A DNA stretch of 62,968 bases, filler included, from Callorhinchus milii (taxonomy: Eukaryota), in the NCBI RefSeq assembly GCF_018977255.1. It is 4 parts of 4 records of this genome, joined end to end, with 100 filler letters (N's around TTAATTAATTAA, not from the genome) between each part and the next. Parts side by side here need not be neighbours in the genome. Positions count along the whole stretch, not along the records: positions 1 to 17,848 come from NW_024704831.1; positions 17,949 to 38,269 come from NW_024704856.1; 2 more parts are not named here. One strand, given 5' to 3'. The position numbers and the translations under genes were made by a program. Each line of letters starts with the position of its first letter. Within the stretch, counting starts at the first letter, position 1. Shown piece by piece: positions 14,201 through 27,081 of the stretch. The notes beneath the pieces were generated by a model, which saw nothing but the letters and a program-made list of their open reading frames with translations, was not told where the DNA came from and did no database searches.

Positions 14201-15838
14201 ACCAGTACTGGAATACCAAGTCCCGAAGGAACGAGATGACAGTGTTGGAACTGTACGAGGGGACCGAGCAGTACAACAGCACAGCCTTCAGCTCACTGGA
14301 CCGGCCACTCTCCCCCATCATCTTCCAGCAATCTTACATCTTCCCCTCGGCCATCAACCTGGTGGAGGCCACTATCACAGAGAAAGGGATCACCAGCCGC
14401 CACCTGTTGAGTAGGTGACAGACTGATGGGACCCAGACCGAGGGAGGGGCCAGGGGGTGTGAAGGGAGGGGCTGTTTGGGAGTGGGGAGCCAGGGGTGTG
14501 TGGATGGAGGGGCTGGGTGGGAGAGAGGGGCCCTGTCTCTGTCTGTCCATGTGTCTCTCTCTCTCAGTCTCTCTCATTTTTTGCCTTCTCCCTGCAGTTG
14601 GGCTTCACTCTGGAGGAATCCTCTCCTTACCTAAAGCGTTTCTGGATCCTCGACGTCCAGAGGTTCCTTCTGAGCAAAGCCGGTGAGTTAAGAAATAAGA
14701 CAGGGCTGTGGGTAGAGGCCTGAGGCTGAGGTGATGTTTAAGTGATTGTAGAACAAGATTACAGCAAATGCATGCTCGTGTTTCGCGTTGACATAGTTGT
14801 GAAACCTCTTTGAGAAATCTAGGAGCAGTTTTCCATAGTCCCATATGTTGTAACTTTTTCAGGGAGGAGAATCTAATTCCGTATGCTCCTGAACTGCCCA
14901 TCCGATCGGAATGGTTCATCAACTACAATCAGTCTGTGTCACGAGTGAGGGGGATTCACACGGCACCCTCCGGCCTGGAGTCCACCTGCCTGGTTAGTAT
15001 GGAACCAAATTCTCATAGCCAATCGCAGATGCCAACACCCATGGCTGCTGTAGCCCCATAGTAGTTAATGCACAATCTGATCTGTCTGAGGGAGGAAGGA
15101 GAGGGGGATCTCTGAATGACTGGTATCATAACGAAAAGCAAGTTTATCATAATATCCCTGGTTAATGCTCTGTTGCTGCTGCACATTTGATTAATGATTA
15201 GTAAACCTGGTTATGAGGTGTTCATCCAAGTGCTTTTTAATTGGGATTCACTGAATCAGCAAGCGGGTTGTTTATGCTCTCTATTGCCTCCCAGAGGCTC
15301 AGCAACAAGGAACCACTTTCTTCACTGGGTGGGGGTTTACAGCTGATCCTGGAAGCTGGGTGAAGAGTTGTCTGACCTGCATCTGGTGGCGAGGTGAACC
15401 GTGTGATCTGGTCAAGATGCGACAGTAGAAAATAACTCCAGAATAAGAATAAATTAAAAATAGTCACGGGAAAAGAAGGTGTGTGAATACTTTGGATGTG
15501 ACCTGGATGCATTACCCCCAGCCTGATTTGAATCTCTCATGAATTCCTACCCTGGATGCTAGCGGCAGTTACCAAGCTGTTAGTTTCTATCCAGGTTTCA
15601 GAGTTTTACAGGAGGCGAGTTTCTGGCTGACACAATAACAAGTGAATGTTTGTTCCAGGTTGTCGCTTATGGTCTCGACATCTTCCAGACTCGTGTTTAT
15701 CCCTCGAAGCAGTTTGATGTTCTGAAAGACGACTATGACTATGTGTTGATCAGCAGTGTTCTCTTCGGTCTGGTCTTTACCACCATGATCACCAAGCGGC
15801 TCGCCCAGGTTAAGCTCCTGAACAGGGCCTGGCGATAG
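2266..15838 (+). CDS. EMC1: ER membrane protein complex subunit 1 (about 957 aa once the frameshift is corrected; 960 aa with the microexon)
   Basis: GT-AG exons: 2266-2342, 4534-4661, 4762-4827, 5399-5492, 5856-5984, 6589-6715, 7353-7502, 7607-7774, 8309-8380, 8862-8960, 9258-9354, 9905-10021, (10517-10525), 10965-11164, 11627-11776, 12228-12389, 12878-12997, 13113-13250, 13447-13621, 14200-14410, 14598-14682, 14863-14992, 15659-15838. Signal peptide then [42 protein letters not shown]-terminal [41 protein letters not shown]. One extra C at 13536/13537 breaks the frame as assembled. Confidence 0.97.
2580..2925 (-). mobile_element. tRNA-derived SINE
   Basis: Head with A-box (tagctcagcgg) and B-box (ggttcgattcc) on the minus strand; ATT-repeat tail. 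Confidence 0.8.
3195..4205 (+). mobile_element. 5'-truncated, decayed L2-clade LINE (RT C-terminus and 3' tail)
   Basis: Fragments [43 protein letters not shown] and [17 protein letters not shown]; tail ...ttgggacatcctcccgacgtgaa...gttgttgt. Confidence 0.92.
6140..6410 (+). mobile_element. L2 LINE 3' fragment
   Basis: Same 3' tail as 3195-4205 (agcgccttgggatgttctcccgacgtgaa...ttgttgttg). Confidence 0.7.
6757..7200 (+). mobile_element. tRNA-derived SINE with a duplicated tail segment
   Basis: Head gtcctgtaggtcagtggttagagcactcacc, family body and tail; a tail segment is repeated in inverted orientation at about 7030-7110. Confidence 0.82.
9452..9830 (+). mobile_element. tRNA-derived SINE
   Basis: Family head, ctccccacgcctctgtttacctaacagtaaat body and tail. 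Confidence 0.85.
10517..10525 (+). CDS. EMC1: 9-nt frame-preserving microexon of EMC1 (KKA-ATQ-DG)
   Basis: ag|CCACACAAG|gtaat, phase 1/1 like the flanking exons. Upstream are a TTTTAAC branch-like site, a T-rich tract and TGCTGCTG immediately before the AG. Confidence 0.8.
11247..11618 (+). mobile_element. tRNA-derived SINE abutting the acceptor of EMC1 exon 11627
   Basis: Full head-body-tail; the tail ends about 8 nt before the exon. Confidence 0.88.
12445..12817 (+). mobile_element. tRNA-derived SINE, full length (chondrichthyan DeuSINE/SacSINE-like body, L2-type tail)
   Basis: A-box tagctcagtgg, B-box ggttcgattcc, body ctgtttgtgggacgctgctgtgcgtaattggctgccgcgttt, tail ...gcgctttatcaaatgcaa...attatt. 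Confidence 0.88.
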
Positions 15839-16032
15839 CAGCTACTGGGACATGAAAGGGGGGAAGGGGAAAAAGAAACATTGTCCCATGGATTGAATGC
15901 GAAGATGGAGATGCAAAGGTTTTGGGGGACAAGCCAAGTAGCGAGACTGGAGTGTCAGCGCCGGGGCTCATTTGTTTTCTGCGGGTATTTATTTTGAAGA
16001 CTGTCATGACTAGAAAGTGGACATTTTGATTA

Positions 16033-16038
16033 AATAAA
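16033..16038 (+). terminator. EMC1 polyadenylation signal
   Basis: AATAAA (overlapping ATTAAA) about 195 nt after the stop codon, with a T-rich tract downstream at about 16104-16118. Confidence 0.6.
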
Positions 16039-16317
16039 ATTGGCTTCAGGATTTTCACTGCAATCAGCAGTGGTCCCTCACACACATTGTTCAGAGCAAA
16101 CACTTTTGTTTCTTTTTTTGGTTAGAAAGTTATTTTCCCATTTGAAATTGTAATGACGGATGTAGATAGAGCCACCCTTATGATTGACAGGAGGCCAAGT
16201 GGCTGCTAATGTGTTTAGCCTGGAAGCGGCGACTGCAAACTGGAGCCTTGCCTTTTAAATTGTAATTTTACTCCTAAAGTCTGTATCTGTCTTACCTGGG
16301 AATCCTACATCCAGGCA

Positions 16318-16637
16318 TCCTGTTGCAGAGGATTCTTGTACCGAGACTTGCTTATGTGCGACACACCTGGGTTCAATTCCAGGCAGAGGGCGAAACCTTG
16401 GGCAAGTTTCCTTACTCCACACAGAGCCTAATAATAATCCCTCCAAAACAAAAACAATAATAAATTGGTCACTCAATCCACGACTGTTTGTGGGACATTG
16501 CTGTGCGCAATTGGCTGCCGCGTTTTGCCCACAAACATATGGTCAATTCACTTTACAGTCTATTCTGTGAAGCGCTTTGAGACGTTGAGAAGACGTGAAA
16601 AGCGCTGTATCAAATGCAAGGATTAATATATTATTAT
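16318..16637 (+). mobile_element. tRNA-derived SINE
   Basis: Same family, internally deleted variant lacking the ctctgtttacc segment. Confidence 0.85.
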
Positions 16638-17848
16638 AAGTACTACAACTTGTGCCACTGATTGTGAAGTGAGCGTCTGGTCCTCTGCAATACCAGGTTA
16701 CCTGGTCTGGGCTCGGCAGCCTCCTGAATTCCTAACTACAGCGGTTTCCATTCCAATAGCCAATGGGCTTTTACTTGTGTTCTTCTGCTGTCCTTCGCTG
16801 ACCGTGTTTGTTACGATCGAAACTGATTGTGGACATAAAGCTGATTGTTCAATTTGCAGTTCTGAACAACCTTGTTTACGAGTTAATTTCACAGGTCACT
16901 GTGAGGTTTGTTCCTTTGTGGACACTTAAATCTACCCCAAATTTTAAATACAAAGCGAGTTCTAATAAATTTGTGAGAAAAGGGATGGTTAAGTTTTTTT
17001 TAGTTCCTGATTAATATGTTACTTAATTGCTGGAGAAATATATTTGGGATTTAGACTTTTATTTTAATGTGCAACTGATGAGATTGGTTTAACCTGGATT
17101 AAAGACAGATCTATGTGATTATCTAGGAGTCTAATTATGTGCCTGCGATTCGGGTTTATGAGCGGTAAGAGAATATGTTGAGTTGCTCTAAAAGTACATG
17201 TAGTGTCAACATGAGGGATATACAAATATTGCTGTGGGAGAAATGCAGTTGTGCTCTTACAGTTAGTAAATGTTACCTGGAAAATGACTGGAATTTGAGG
17301 ATTTTTGATTTTAACCTCAGTGTCCCCAAACATTGCAAGTTCACAACAAAAACTGAACCACTGCATTAAACCTTTTAAATAGAAAACAATTTGTTTCCTG
17401 AGTTGTTATGTTTCTGAATACCACTGAATAAACAATTACTGTGACCCCCTTGAACTTTGTGTTTTATTCTGAGATTGTGTATGTAATGTCCTGTTCTGGC
17501 ACAAAATAGGCAGAAATATCGAAATATTCTGTATGGAACAAGTTTTTTTTATTATTTGCTAAACTTCAGAACAGTGCGAGTTAGTCCCGCAATAGTTGGT
17601 AACTGCTTCCCTTAGTTGTATTAATTTGTGGCTAATGAGATATCCTTAACTCTGATTTGAAGCTTCACAATTAGGTACAAGAATATTTGTCGGATGCCCT
17701 GACCCTAAGTAGGACGGTGGTATATTAAAAAAAACAAGTCTGGAAAGGGATCCAAAACAAAGGGACACAACTTTTAAAAATTGATATAAAATTGTATATT
17801 TTTAAAGGAATTGTAAATTGATTGTAGGGAGTCACTGAGCCTTGGGGT

Positions 17849-17948
17849 NNNNNNNNNNNNNNNNNNNNNNNNNNNNNNNNNNNNNNNNNNNNTTAATTAA
17901 TTAANNNNNNNNNNNNNNNNNNNNNNNNNNNNNNNNNNNNNNNNNNNN
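17849..17948. other. Artificial contig-joining spacer N44-TTAATTAATTAA-N44
   Basis: The identical 100-nt spacer occurs three times; TTAATTAATTAA puts stop codons in all six frames. Confidence 0.98.
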
Positions 17949-18296
17949 CATTCTATTTTCTGGTAGTGTCACAGGAGATCTTTCATGTCCAACAGAACAG
18001 GCGACAGAGAGGGAATTCGGCAGAACTTCTAACATGTTACCGGTTATTTTCGTCTGTAGTTCATTGGTTAAATAATATCTGCAGCTCAGTGGTTACCGAA
18101 GTCGCCTGTCAAGCGAGATACCTGTGTTTGATCATTTCAATATTCCTTATTAATGCTTTGAATTTTTTTTTAAATGGGCCCATCAATCCATGAGTATTGA
18201 TGGGAAACTGCTGCGTGAATGAACTTTGAGCAAAATACCATCAACTTACGCAGCGCACAGGTAAATATGTTTGTTTGCTGTTCCATTTTCTCACAG

Positions 18297-19195
18297 CGAA
18301 TCTGTTGGCCATTGTGGTCCTGTCCCGGGGAAAGTGTGGGCTCTCAAAATGTATCACCCTCTACATGGTGGCCATGGCAGTGGCCGATCTCCTGTTCGCC
18401 ATCAACGATGTGGTTTTGAACCAGATACATTCTCTTTATTTCAATCACACATTTCTGGACATCACTCCCGTGTGTTCACTCAGATTGGTGCTGATGTCGG
18501 CGGTGACACACATGTCAGTCTGGTTCACAGTGGCTTTCACTTTTGACCGCCTGGTCGCTATACGTTGGCGGAAACTGAAAACAAATTATTGCACCGAGAG
18601 AACAGCAGCCGTAGTTTTAGGGGTGATATCTTCTCTGAGCTGTTTCATCAGCATTCCCTGGTACTTCATGGTTGAGCCCAGAGAGACACTGAACAAAGTG
18701 CCTTGGTATTGCAAGTTTAAAGCGGTTTACTACACCTCTCGCACATGGATTGTATTTCACTGGTTTGTCACAATAATAACCCCGTTTGTTCCATTCTTTC
18801 TGATTTTGCTGATGAACGTGGTGACAGTCAGACACATTTTAGCGGCCAACAGAATCCGCAGAAACCTCCTGCACCAGAAAAGTAATAGTGGCAATGATGC
18901 AGAGATGGAGAACCGAAGAAGATCCATCATCTTACTCTTCGCCATATCAGGCAGCTTCATCCTGTTGTGGCTAATGGAAGTTTTACATTTCGTATTATCA
19001 CGAACGTTAAACAATTATTTCTATCAAAGTTACAGAGACCCAGTGTATGTTGTCCATCAAGTGACAGACATTCTTAAAGTGTTGAGTTGCTGCACAAACA
19101 CCGTCATTTACGGTTCAACACAATCTAAATTCAGAGAGGATGTGAAATATCTAGCGATCTATCCATTTAAACAGATATTTAAACTATTTAAATAA
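18297..19195 (+). CDS. Class A orphan GPCR, GPR139/GPR142-like, main coding exon (N-terminal exon lies beyond the contig start)
   Basis: Acceptor ttttctcacag|CG at 18296/18297. Rhodopsin-family TM pattern: ANLLAIVVL, MAVADLL, TFDRLVAI (DRY position), SIPWYF, SCCTNTVIY (NPxxY position); stop TAA at 19195. Confidence 0.9.
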
Positions 19196-21070
19196 AGGGA
19201 AATATGTGTAACTCGCTGTAAATTTTGAAACGTTGACAACGAATCATAATTTAATGAGGCAACTGATAGCCTGGATTTTATTTCAAGCGGTGCGCTGCAA
19301 TAAAAATAATTCTTGTAATCGTCATAGAGCACTACTACGCCATCTCAAAGGGTTTCGCGGGATATACTGTCAAGTAGGTTCCAGTTAACGGATGAATGGG
19401 GCTCCATGATTTTGTAAGCATCCTTGTTGCTCTGTGAATGTTCCTCCAGATTCTTTGATATTATTATTATTATTATTTTATTCCAGATTCCTTTGAAACT
19501 ACTATCACCCAAAGTCAACAAGCAGCAATTACGTGTTGCAGCTCTACCAGAAAAATGTTTTAAACATAAACTATTCACGTGCTCAAACGTCAATAAAAAA
19601 TAAATGAGGAGATTATTCAAATTGGTGTTGATGATGCAAGTTGAATAAATGACCAAAGTTATATGCTAAGAATGTTAGAAATGTAACAGAGTGATATAGA
19701 GAGCGAGTGATGTGGATCAATGGGGAGGGAGCCATAGATGTGTAGTTCATGTGTGGTTATTGGGTGAGGAGGGGATCGAGGTGGCTTCTAAAATATCAGA
19801 ATTCAATCATGTATCGGTCTTCGGTTAATTTTCAAGGAAGAAATTCAAGTGTTCTCTTCAGGTTGGTATTTTTATTCATTGACAGACTCTTCGAGAATTA
19901 TTGCAAATTTTGTGGCAAATAAACACGGGAATTTTATCCGGTAAAATACTTGTACCAGTAGCTGAATTGTACACAGTTTCCGTTCTGTCTTTCGTTATTT
20001 GCTGAGTTACCTTATCAGCCAATAAACAAATTACATAATTTGAACAACGCAACTGTGTCATATTGCATTCACTTGTTACTCTAAAGTTTGGCAGTTCAAT
20101 TCGAGTCTGTAAGTGTGTTGATCCCAGCAATATGGGAGTTTGGAGTGTGGTATTGCTGTTATCAGCCGCGCAATCACTATCTGCATATGGAGGAGTTGGC
20201 GGTGGCTAAGGATGTGATTGATTAGAGAAATGCTCGCCTTCCTGACCCACTGCAGCAATGGCCGATATTATTCCACTCTCCACACTGAGGCCTCCCAACC
20301 GCCGTCTCCTGCTGCTGCCACACGAGGAAGTTCAATAGAAAGGGAGGGGAAGGTAGAAGGTTGGAAATGGTGTCCAGCCAAAAACATTCACCAATGGGAC
20401 ACATGCGGCCCGCGTGCCGCCAGTTGGACACCGCTGTTGTAAAGTACCGAGACAGTGTATTATGCAGATGTTTGTGGGTGTCAAATTGCAGAGAAATTTG
20501 TGTCCAATTTTGTTTGATGCCGTTGTCAACCAGGACATCAGGAGAAACTCACTTCTATTTTTGATACATATAATTGTGCAGAATATTGTCAAACAAATAT
20601 GTGTATACAGATTTACCCACAAAAAGAAAAACGGCGACACACAGACAAACACACAGCAACACACAAACACAGACAGATAAACACTCACAAACACATTAAC
20701 AGGTAAGTAAAGAGGGAATGAAATACTCAGGCACATACGCAAGCAGAGATACACACGTGTTTACTCATAGAACGCAAACACAGCCGCAAACAACAACATG
20801 GAAAACTTCAACTTGTAGAGTGCTCTCCAAGCCGAGTGTTGTTCCAGTTATATCCGCACAGACAGGCAGAGATACACACACAAAAAGATGCATTCCAAAG
20901 TTTGGTACAAGTCATGCCAAACGCCTGCAGGAATGCTGGAAGGCAAACCAGATGGATTTAAGTCTTCTGTACCGTAGGAAACTCCTATATTTTTAAGATC
21001 TCATGATCGTATCGCAGACAGATGTGAATTAAAATCAAATACCGTTAATATATAATAGTTTTCCTACTCA

Positions 21071-21340
21071 TTAAACTGTCAACGGGAACATTCGCCACGG
21101 ATCAGAGTTGATCCCGCTATCATTTGAACAGGGACTGAACTCAGGATAATATTCTCTGTGCAAATGTGCTTGAAAGCGTACGGATGAGAAATAATATCAA
21201 TGGTGCAGAATGCCACCTGTCCACCCTTAGTGTCCAGGTAGACTCCCAGGACCAAGGTCTCTCTCAGCCGGGTACCAGTTGAGGTCAGAGCTTCATATTC
21301 ATACCCAATTCTCAGTCACAATCCAAGATTCAATCTTTTT
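21071..21340 (-). pseudogene. Decayed SPRY (B30.2) terminal exon of a TRIM-like gene
   Basis: Minus strand reads LRIGYEYEALTSTGTRLRE..LGVYLDTKGGQVAF...FSPCSNDSGINSDP, collinear with [41 protein letters not shown] of the intact exon at 36859-37403. Indels present; the PRY half is not recognisable. Confidence 0.82.
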
Positions 21341-21838
21341 CTGAACTGTCACACAACGGGACAGGTTTGAGCCCTGAAGTTCTTCATTTGATCATCAGCG
21401 AGACACGCTGGTGCTCAGGCAGCAAGACGAACGTACTACGATGTCTTAAAAAAGCTGACGGTTATCACATCAATTAAATTTTTCACAGTACGACACAATA
21501 GTATTGCAAATTCTTGAAAGAAAATTGATTCAAATTGATTACAAATTTATATTAATATACTGTGTTGCAATTTCGGAGGCCAAATGCTCACGGTATTCAT
21601 CAACCGGGAGGTCAGAACTAAATGGGGTGATTTGGGGAAAGATGATCCCTGGCGAGGGGAAAGATATAGTTTTTGGGACAGGCTTGGATAAGTTAAACCA
21701 GGGTGTCAGACAAAACAACTGCGGAATGGAGATATAGAATGAGTCCAGAATAGCTGAAAGAACCATAGTGTTCGCAATGTGAGGTATTTCAAGCATCCTG
21801 GTAATGTTGGAGGGTAGTAAGTACCTTCTTGTCTGTGA

Positions 21839-22155
21839 TGTCCTGTAGCTCAGTGGTTAGAGCACTCGCCTTGCAAGCTAGTCACCTGGGTTCAATTCCA
21901 GGCAGGGCGAAACCTTGGGTAAGCTCAGTTACTCCAAGCGCCTAATAATAATCCATCCGAAACGAAACAACAATAAATTGGTAATCTTCAATCCACGACA
22001 GTTTGTGGGACGCTGATGTGCGCAATTGGCTGCCTCGTTTCGACGAAAAGTTTACAGTCAATTCGCTTTACAGTCTAATCTGTGAAGCACTTTGAGACGT
22101 CGACAAGACGTGAACAGCAATATATCAAATGCAAGGATTACTATTTATTATATTA
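21839..22155 (+). mobile_element. tRNA-derived SINE
   Basis: Head gtcctgtagctcagtggttagagcactcgccttgcaagc plus family body and tail. Confidence 0.88.
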
Positions 22156-22692
22156 TAAATGAGATCTGATTGTGGCAGAAGTAGGGTGCTGGCGAATCTT
22201 TGACTGTTACTGTTGTCACTCCGATATGTTGTCTACAAGAAAAAACATTTTGTAATTAAACAACGCACCTCACGCAGGGAAGCATTTTCTACCGCCGGAC
22301 CGTGGTGCAGCACAACTCTGAGTAAGGAGTAGTGGAAGATGACTTTAAGCACTGTCGAATAGGAAGCTCTTCAGACGAGACCAAAAGATGCGGAAAGAAG
22401 GGCCAAGTTTTGGGGAGAGAGGAAGTTTGTTGCAGGGTTCCGGGCGAAGTGACTCAAAAAAGTGGCCAAAGATGGGAGTGGCTTTGGGTGGTAAATTGAT
22501 TACAAATGTAGGAAGGCGTTCAGGACATGTAATGAATTGGAAAGGAGTTTGAGGATCTTGAAATTTACCCCATCATTGAAAGCGGAGCCGGTAAGACTCG
22601 GCTATAAATGGGATCTGGAATAAGATCATAAGAACTAAGGCAGGTGTAAATTACAGTCGAACACCGTTAGTGTCTCAGGGTTTTACTTCTCG

Positions 22693-22960
22693 TTAAACTC
22701 TCAGCGTGCAAATTATCAAAGGATCAGTGTTTGTTCCGCGGTTATTGATAAAAGCACTCAAGAAGAAACACATTTCTCTGTGAAAGTGTGTGACAGTCTT
22801 GACATGAAACATGTTATCCGTGTTGTACAGTGCAACGTGTCGCTGGGTAGGTGGCCGGCTCCAAGGGGCCACTCTCTCTGGGACAAGCGGTTACAAGTTG
22901 AGATCAGAGCTTGATATGATCCCCCTTTCTCAGTCAGAATTCCAGAGTGAATCTCGCTTT
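22693..22960 (-). pseudogene. Second, more decayed SPRY exon copy
   Basis: Nucleotide similarity to 21071-21340 and to 36859-37130 (e.g. ggatcagtgttt, tctctgtgaaagtgtgtg, gttgagatcagagcttgatatg); similarity to the first copy extends to about 23160. Confidence 0.65.
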
Positions 22961-23402
22961 AAACTGTCGAACAACCCGTTGGAGATCTAACTTTCTTCAG
23001 TTGAACATCACCACGACACAACTCTGCCCTGGCAGCAAACGGAGCGCATAAAGACGTCTTCAGAAAATGAAGGATATGATATCAATGTACATTTTTTACT
23101 GCATGTTACAAAATTGTGGAAGCTATGTTCTGCAATTCTTCACAGAAAATTGTTTCGCCTTCAACAATAATTTAGACTAACCTACCGACTTTCAACTTGA
23201 GAGTTCAAGATAAAACGCTTACCATGCCAGCAATACCAAACTGAGGGTTAGAGCTGAATGGGTTGAGAAAGGGAAAGATCATCATCAGTAAAGACAGGGA
23301 TATATCATTTAAATGTAGACTTAAACATCAATGTAAAATCGATATATTTCCTATCCGATTGTAGATCATACACCTGGTGTGTGGGAATGGCTTAATAGCC
23401 GT

Positions 23403-24992
23403 TTACAACAACAACAACAAGACTTCGTTTATAGAGCGCCATTCACGTCTCATGGCGCAGTAAAGTATTGTCAGGACCAGAGCAGGAGGGAAATGGTCAG
23501 GGTGAGGGGAGGGAAGTGAGGGAGCGAGGAGGGACAGAGAGTCGAGAGGGGATCTGAAGGCGCGGTCAAAGAGAAGGGACTTGAGACGGGCTTGTAGGAG
23601 TAAAGGGAGGAAACGAGGCGAAGGCCTTGGGGGATGAAGTTCCAGAGCCTTGGGGCTGAGATGCTGAAGGCCCGACCACCGATGGTAGTGCGATTGGGGC
23701 GGGGGACGTGGAGCAGACCGGAGCCGGAGGAACGGAGGGTACGGGCAGGTAGGTCGGGGGATAGTAGGTTGGAGAGGTAGGAGGGAGCAAGGCCGTGAAT
23801 GGCATTTTAGGTAAGGATGAGGATCATGAATTCAACCCTCTGGGGGATGGGGAGCCAGTGGAGGCGAGCGAGGGTGGGAGTGATGTGGTCCCGAAGCCTG
23901 GTGCTGGACAGTACACGAGCTGCAGAGTTCTGAATGACCTGCAGCTTGTGGAGGGAGGTGGCGGGAAGGCCGGCGAGGAGAGATTTCCCATAGTCCAGCC
24001 TTGAGGTGACAAAGGCGTGAACTAGGGTTTCAGCAGCGTGAGGGGTCAGGTAATGCCGTAGTCTGGCGATGTTCCGGAGGTGATGGAAGGCGGTGCCAGT
24101 TGTGGTGCGGATGTGAGGGAGAAAGGACAGCTCAGGGTCGAACAAAACGCCGAGGTTCCTGACTGGCTTTGAGAGGTGGAGAGTGCAGCCTTGGATGCTG
24201 ATGGTGTCAGCGCCTGAGGTGCGGAGGCGCTGACGTGAGCCAATCAGGAGGGCCTCGGTTTTTCGCACGTTGAGCTGAAGAAAGTTGTCTCTCGTCCAGG
24301 ACTCGATGTCGGACAGGCAGCTGTCAGGACATCGGTGGTCGTGGAGTTGAGAGTAGAGGAGGAAAGGTAGAGTTGGGTGTCATCCGCATACATGTGGAAG
24401 TTAACTCCATGTCTGCGGATGATGTCACCGAGGGGGAGCATATAGAGGGTGAAGAGGAGGGGACCGAGGACAGAGCCCTGAGGGACACCACATGAGACAG
24501 TACGGGGGTGGAGGAGAAGCCATTCGTTGAGACAAAGTGAAGACGGTGAGAAAGGTACGACCTAAACCATTCAAGGACAGTGCCTTGAAGGTTTAGATGG
24601 GAGGACAAGCGGTGGAGTAGGATAGCGTGGTCGACCGTATCGAATGCTGCCGATAGGTCGAGGAGGACGAGGAGACAGAGGGAGCCCTGGTCACAGATGG
24701 TCAGGATATCATTGGTGACCTTGACCAGGGCAGCTTCTGTGCTATGGGCAGCACGGAAACCTGACTGAAGGGGTTCAAAAAGAGAATGGGTGGAAAGGAA
24801 AGAGCGCCGTTGGGAGGCGACAACTCTTTCCAAGACCTTGGAGAGAAAGGGGAGGTTGGAGATGGGCCGGTAGCTTGATAGCTGCGACGCATCAAGGGAG
24901 GGTTTTTTCAGGGTGGGCGTGATGATGGCAGTTTTTAATGGAATGGGGACAGAGCCAGAGCATAGGGACAGGTTGATGATGTCGATGATGGC
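23403..24992 (-). mobile_element. 5'-truncated L2-clade LINE with reverse transcriptase domain (frameshifted)
   Basis: [60 protein letters not shown]; (TTG)n tail at about 23405-23420. Confidence 0.95.
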
Positions 24993-25216
24993 TTACAGTC
25001 CATTAAGCCCCATTCATTCATTAATTGGAACCTACTTGACTGTATATTCTGTGAAACACTTTCAGATGGCGAGGTAATGCTTTATATCGATTATAAAGAT
25101 TATTATTATTGCTGCACACCGCTTGAAATAAACGCCAAGCTAACAATTGTCCCACAAAACGATGACTCGTTTTCAATGTTTCACAAATTACACCGAGTGA
25201 CAAACATTTACCGTTA

Positions 25217-25352
25217 TTAATATAGTTTAAATATGTGTTTAAACGGATAGATCACTAGATATTTGACATCCTCTCTGAACTTACATTGTGTTAAAGCGTA
25301 AATGACGGTGTTTGTGCAGCAACTCAGAAGCCTAAGCATATCTTTCACATGT
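25217..25352 (-). pseudogene. C-terminal fragment of a third GPR139-like paralog
   Basis: Reads HVKDMLRLLSCCTNTVIYALTQCKFREDVKYLVIYPFKHIFKLY*, with 3' flank similar to the two intact copies; the upstream part is missing. Confidence 0.88.
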
Positions 25353-27081
25353 TCGTATGTAACTGGTACAACACCGGGGATGGAGGACGCTATACAAATT
25401 GAAGTTTTTCTTGCTGTTCTTTGCGACTGTGTTCATGTCTGTGCGCGTCTGGGTGTTATGTGAGTGTGTATGTGTGTGTCTCTGTTTGCAGCTGTGCGTT
25501 TCATTCCCTCTTTACATATCTGAGTGTGTTGGTGAGTGTTTATCTGTCTGTGCTTGTAATTCTTTGTTTCTGTGCTGTTGTGGGTGTGATTCGGTGTTTG
25601 TGTGTGTGTTTGTGGGGAAGTCTGTATATGTACATTTGTTTGACAATATTCTGCACAATGATATGTATCCAAACTGGAAGTGATTTTCTCCTTGTGTCCT
25701 GGCTCACAACACCATCATTAAAAATTGGACACATATTTCACTACAATTTGACATCGACAATCAATTGCAGAATTTACTGTCTCGATACTCTCCAAAAGTG
25801 GTGTCCAAATGGCGGCACGCGGGCCGCATGTGCCCGGTGGTGAATTGTTTAGGCGAGATACCATTTCCAAACGTTAACCATCCGCTCCCTCCCTGTTGAA
25901 CGTCCTCGTTTGGCAGCTGGAGGAACCGGCGGTTGGGAGACCTCAGTGCGGAGAGTGGAATAAGCCTGTATATATATATAAGTGTTTGACAATATTTTGT
26001 ACAATGATATGTATGAGTAATGGAAGTGAGTTTCTCCTGCTGTCCTGGCTGACAACGCCAACAATCAAAATTAGACACACACTTCATTGAAAATTGACCG
26101 CCACAAACAAAATACACTGTCTCGATATTTACAACAGCGGTGTCCAATTGGCGGCACGCGGGATCAACATACTTACATACTCGAATTGAACTGCCAATAT
26201 TTAGATTAACAAGAGAATGCAATATGACACAGTTGCGTTGTTCAAATTACGTGAAATGTTTATTGGCTGATAAGGTAACTCAACAAATAACGAAAGATAG
26301 AAAGGAAACTGTACAATTCAGCTACTGGTCCAAGTATTTTACAGAATAAAATTCCAATGTTTATTTGCCACATAATTTGCTACAACTCTCGAAGACTCTG
26401 ACAATGTCTAAAAAATACCAACCTGAAGAGAACACTTGACGTTTTTCCCTTCAAAATTAACCAAAGACCGATACATGATTGAATTCTTATGCTTCTGAAG
26501 CTCACCTCGATCACCTCCTCACCCAATAACCCTGCATAAACGACACATCTATGGCTCTTTCACCACTGATCCACATCTCTTGCCCTCTCTCTCTTTTACA
26601 TTTCCAACCTTCTTAATATATGACTTTGGCCGTTAGTTCAACTTGCCTAATCAATACCTATTTGAATAATTTACTCAATTATTTTTTTATTCAGGGTTTT
26701 GCCCGTGAAGATTTTATGTTTAAAATAATTTTCGAGTTAACCAGCAACACGTAATTGCTGCTTGTTGAATTTGGGTGAGCTTAGTTTCAACGGAATCTGG
26801 AATAAAATAATGAAAATATCAAAGTATCTGGAGGAACGTTCACAGAGCAACAAGGACACCTCCAAAATCATGGAGCCCCATTCAGCCGTTAACTGCAACT
26901 TAATTGACAGTATATTCCGTGAAACCCTTTCAGATGGCGTAGTAATGCTCTACATCGATTACAAGGATTAATTTTATTGCAGCGCACCACTTGAAATCAA
27001 AGTCAGGCTATCAGTTGCCTCATTAAATTATGATTCGTTGTCAACGTTTCAAATATTACAACGAGTGGCACACATTTACCT

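Noticed and set aside
17893..17904. TTAATTAATTAA as a biological palindrome (also 38314 and 44837)
   Set aside because: Centred in identical N runs; an artificial six-frame-stop linker.
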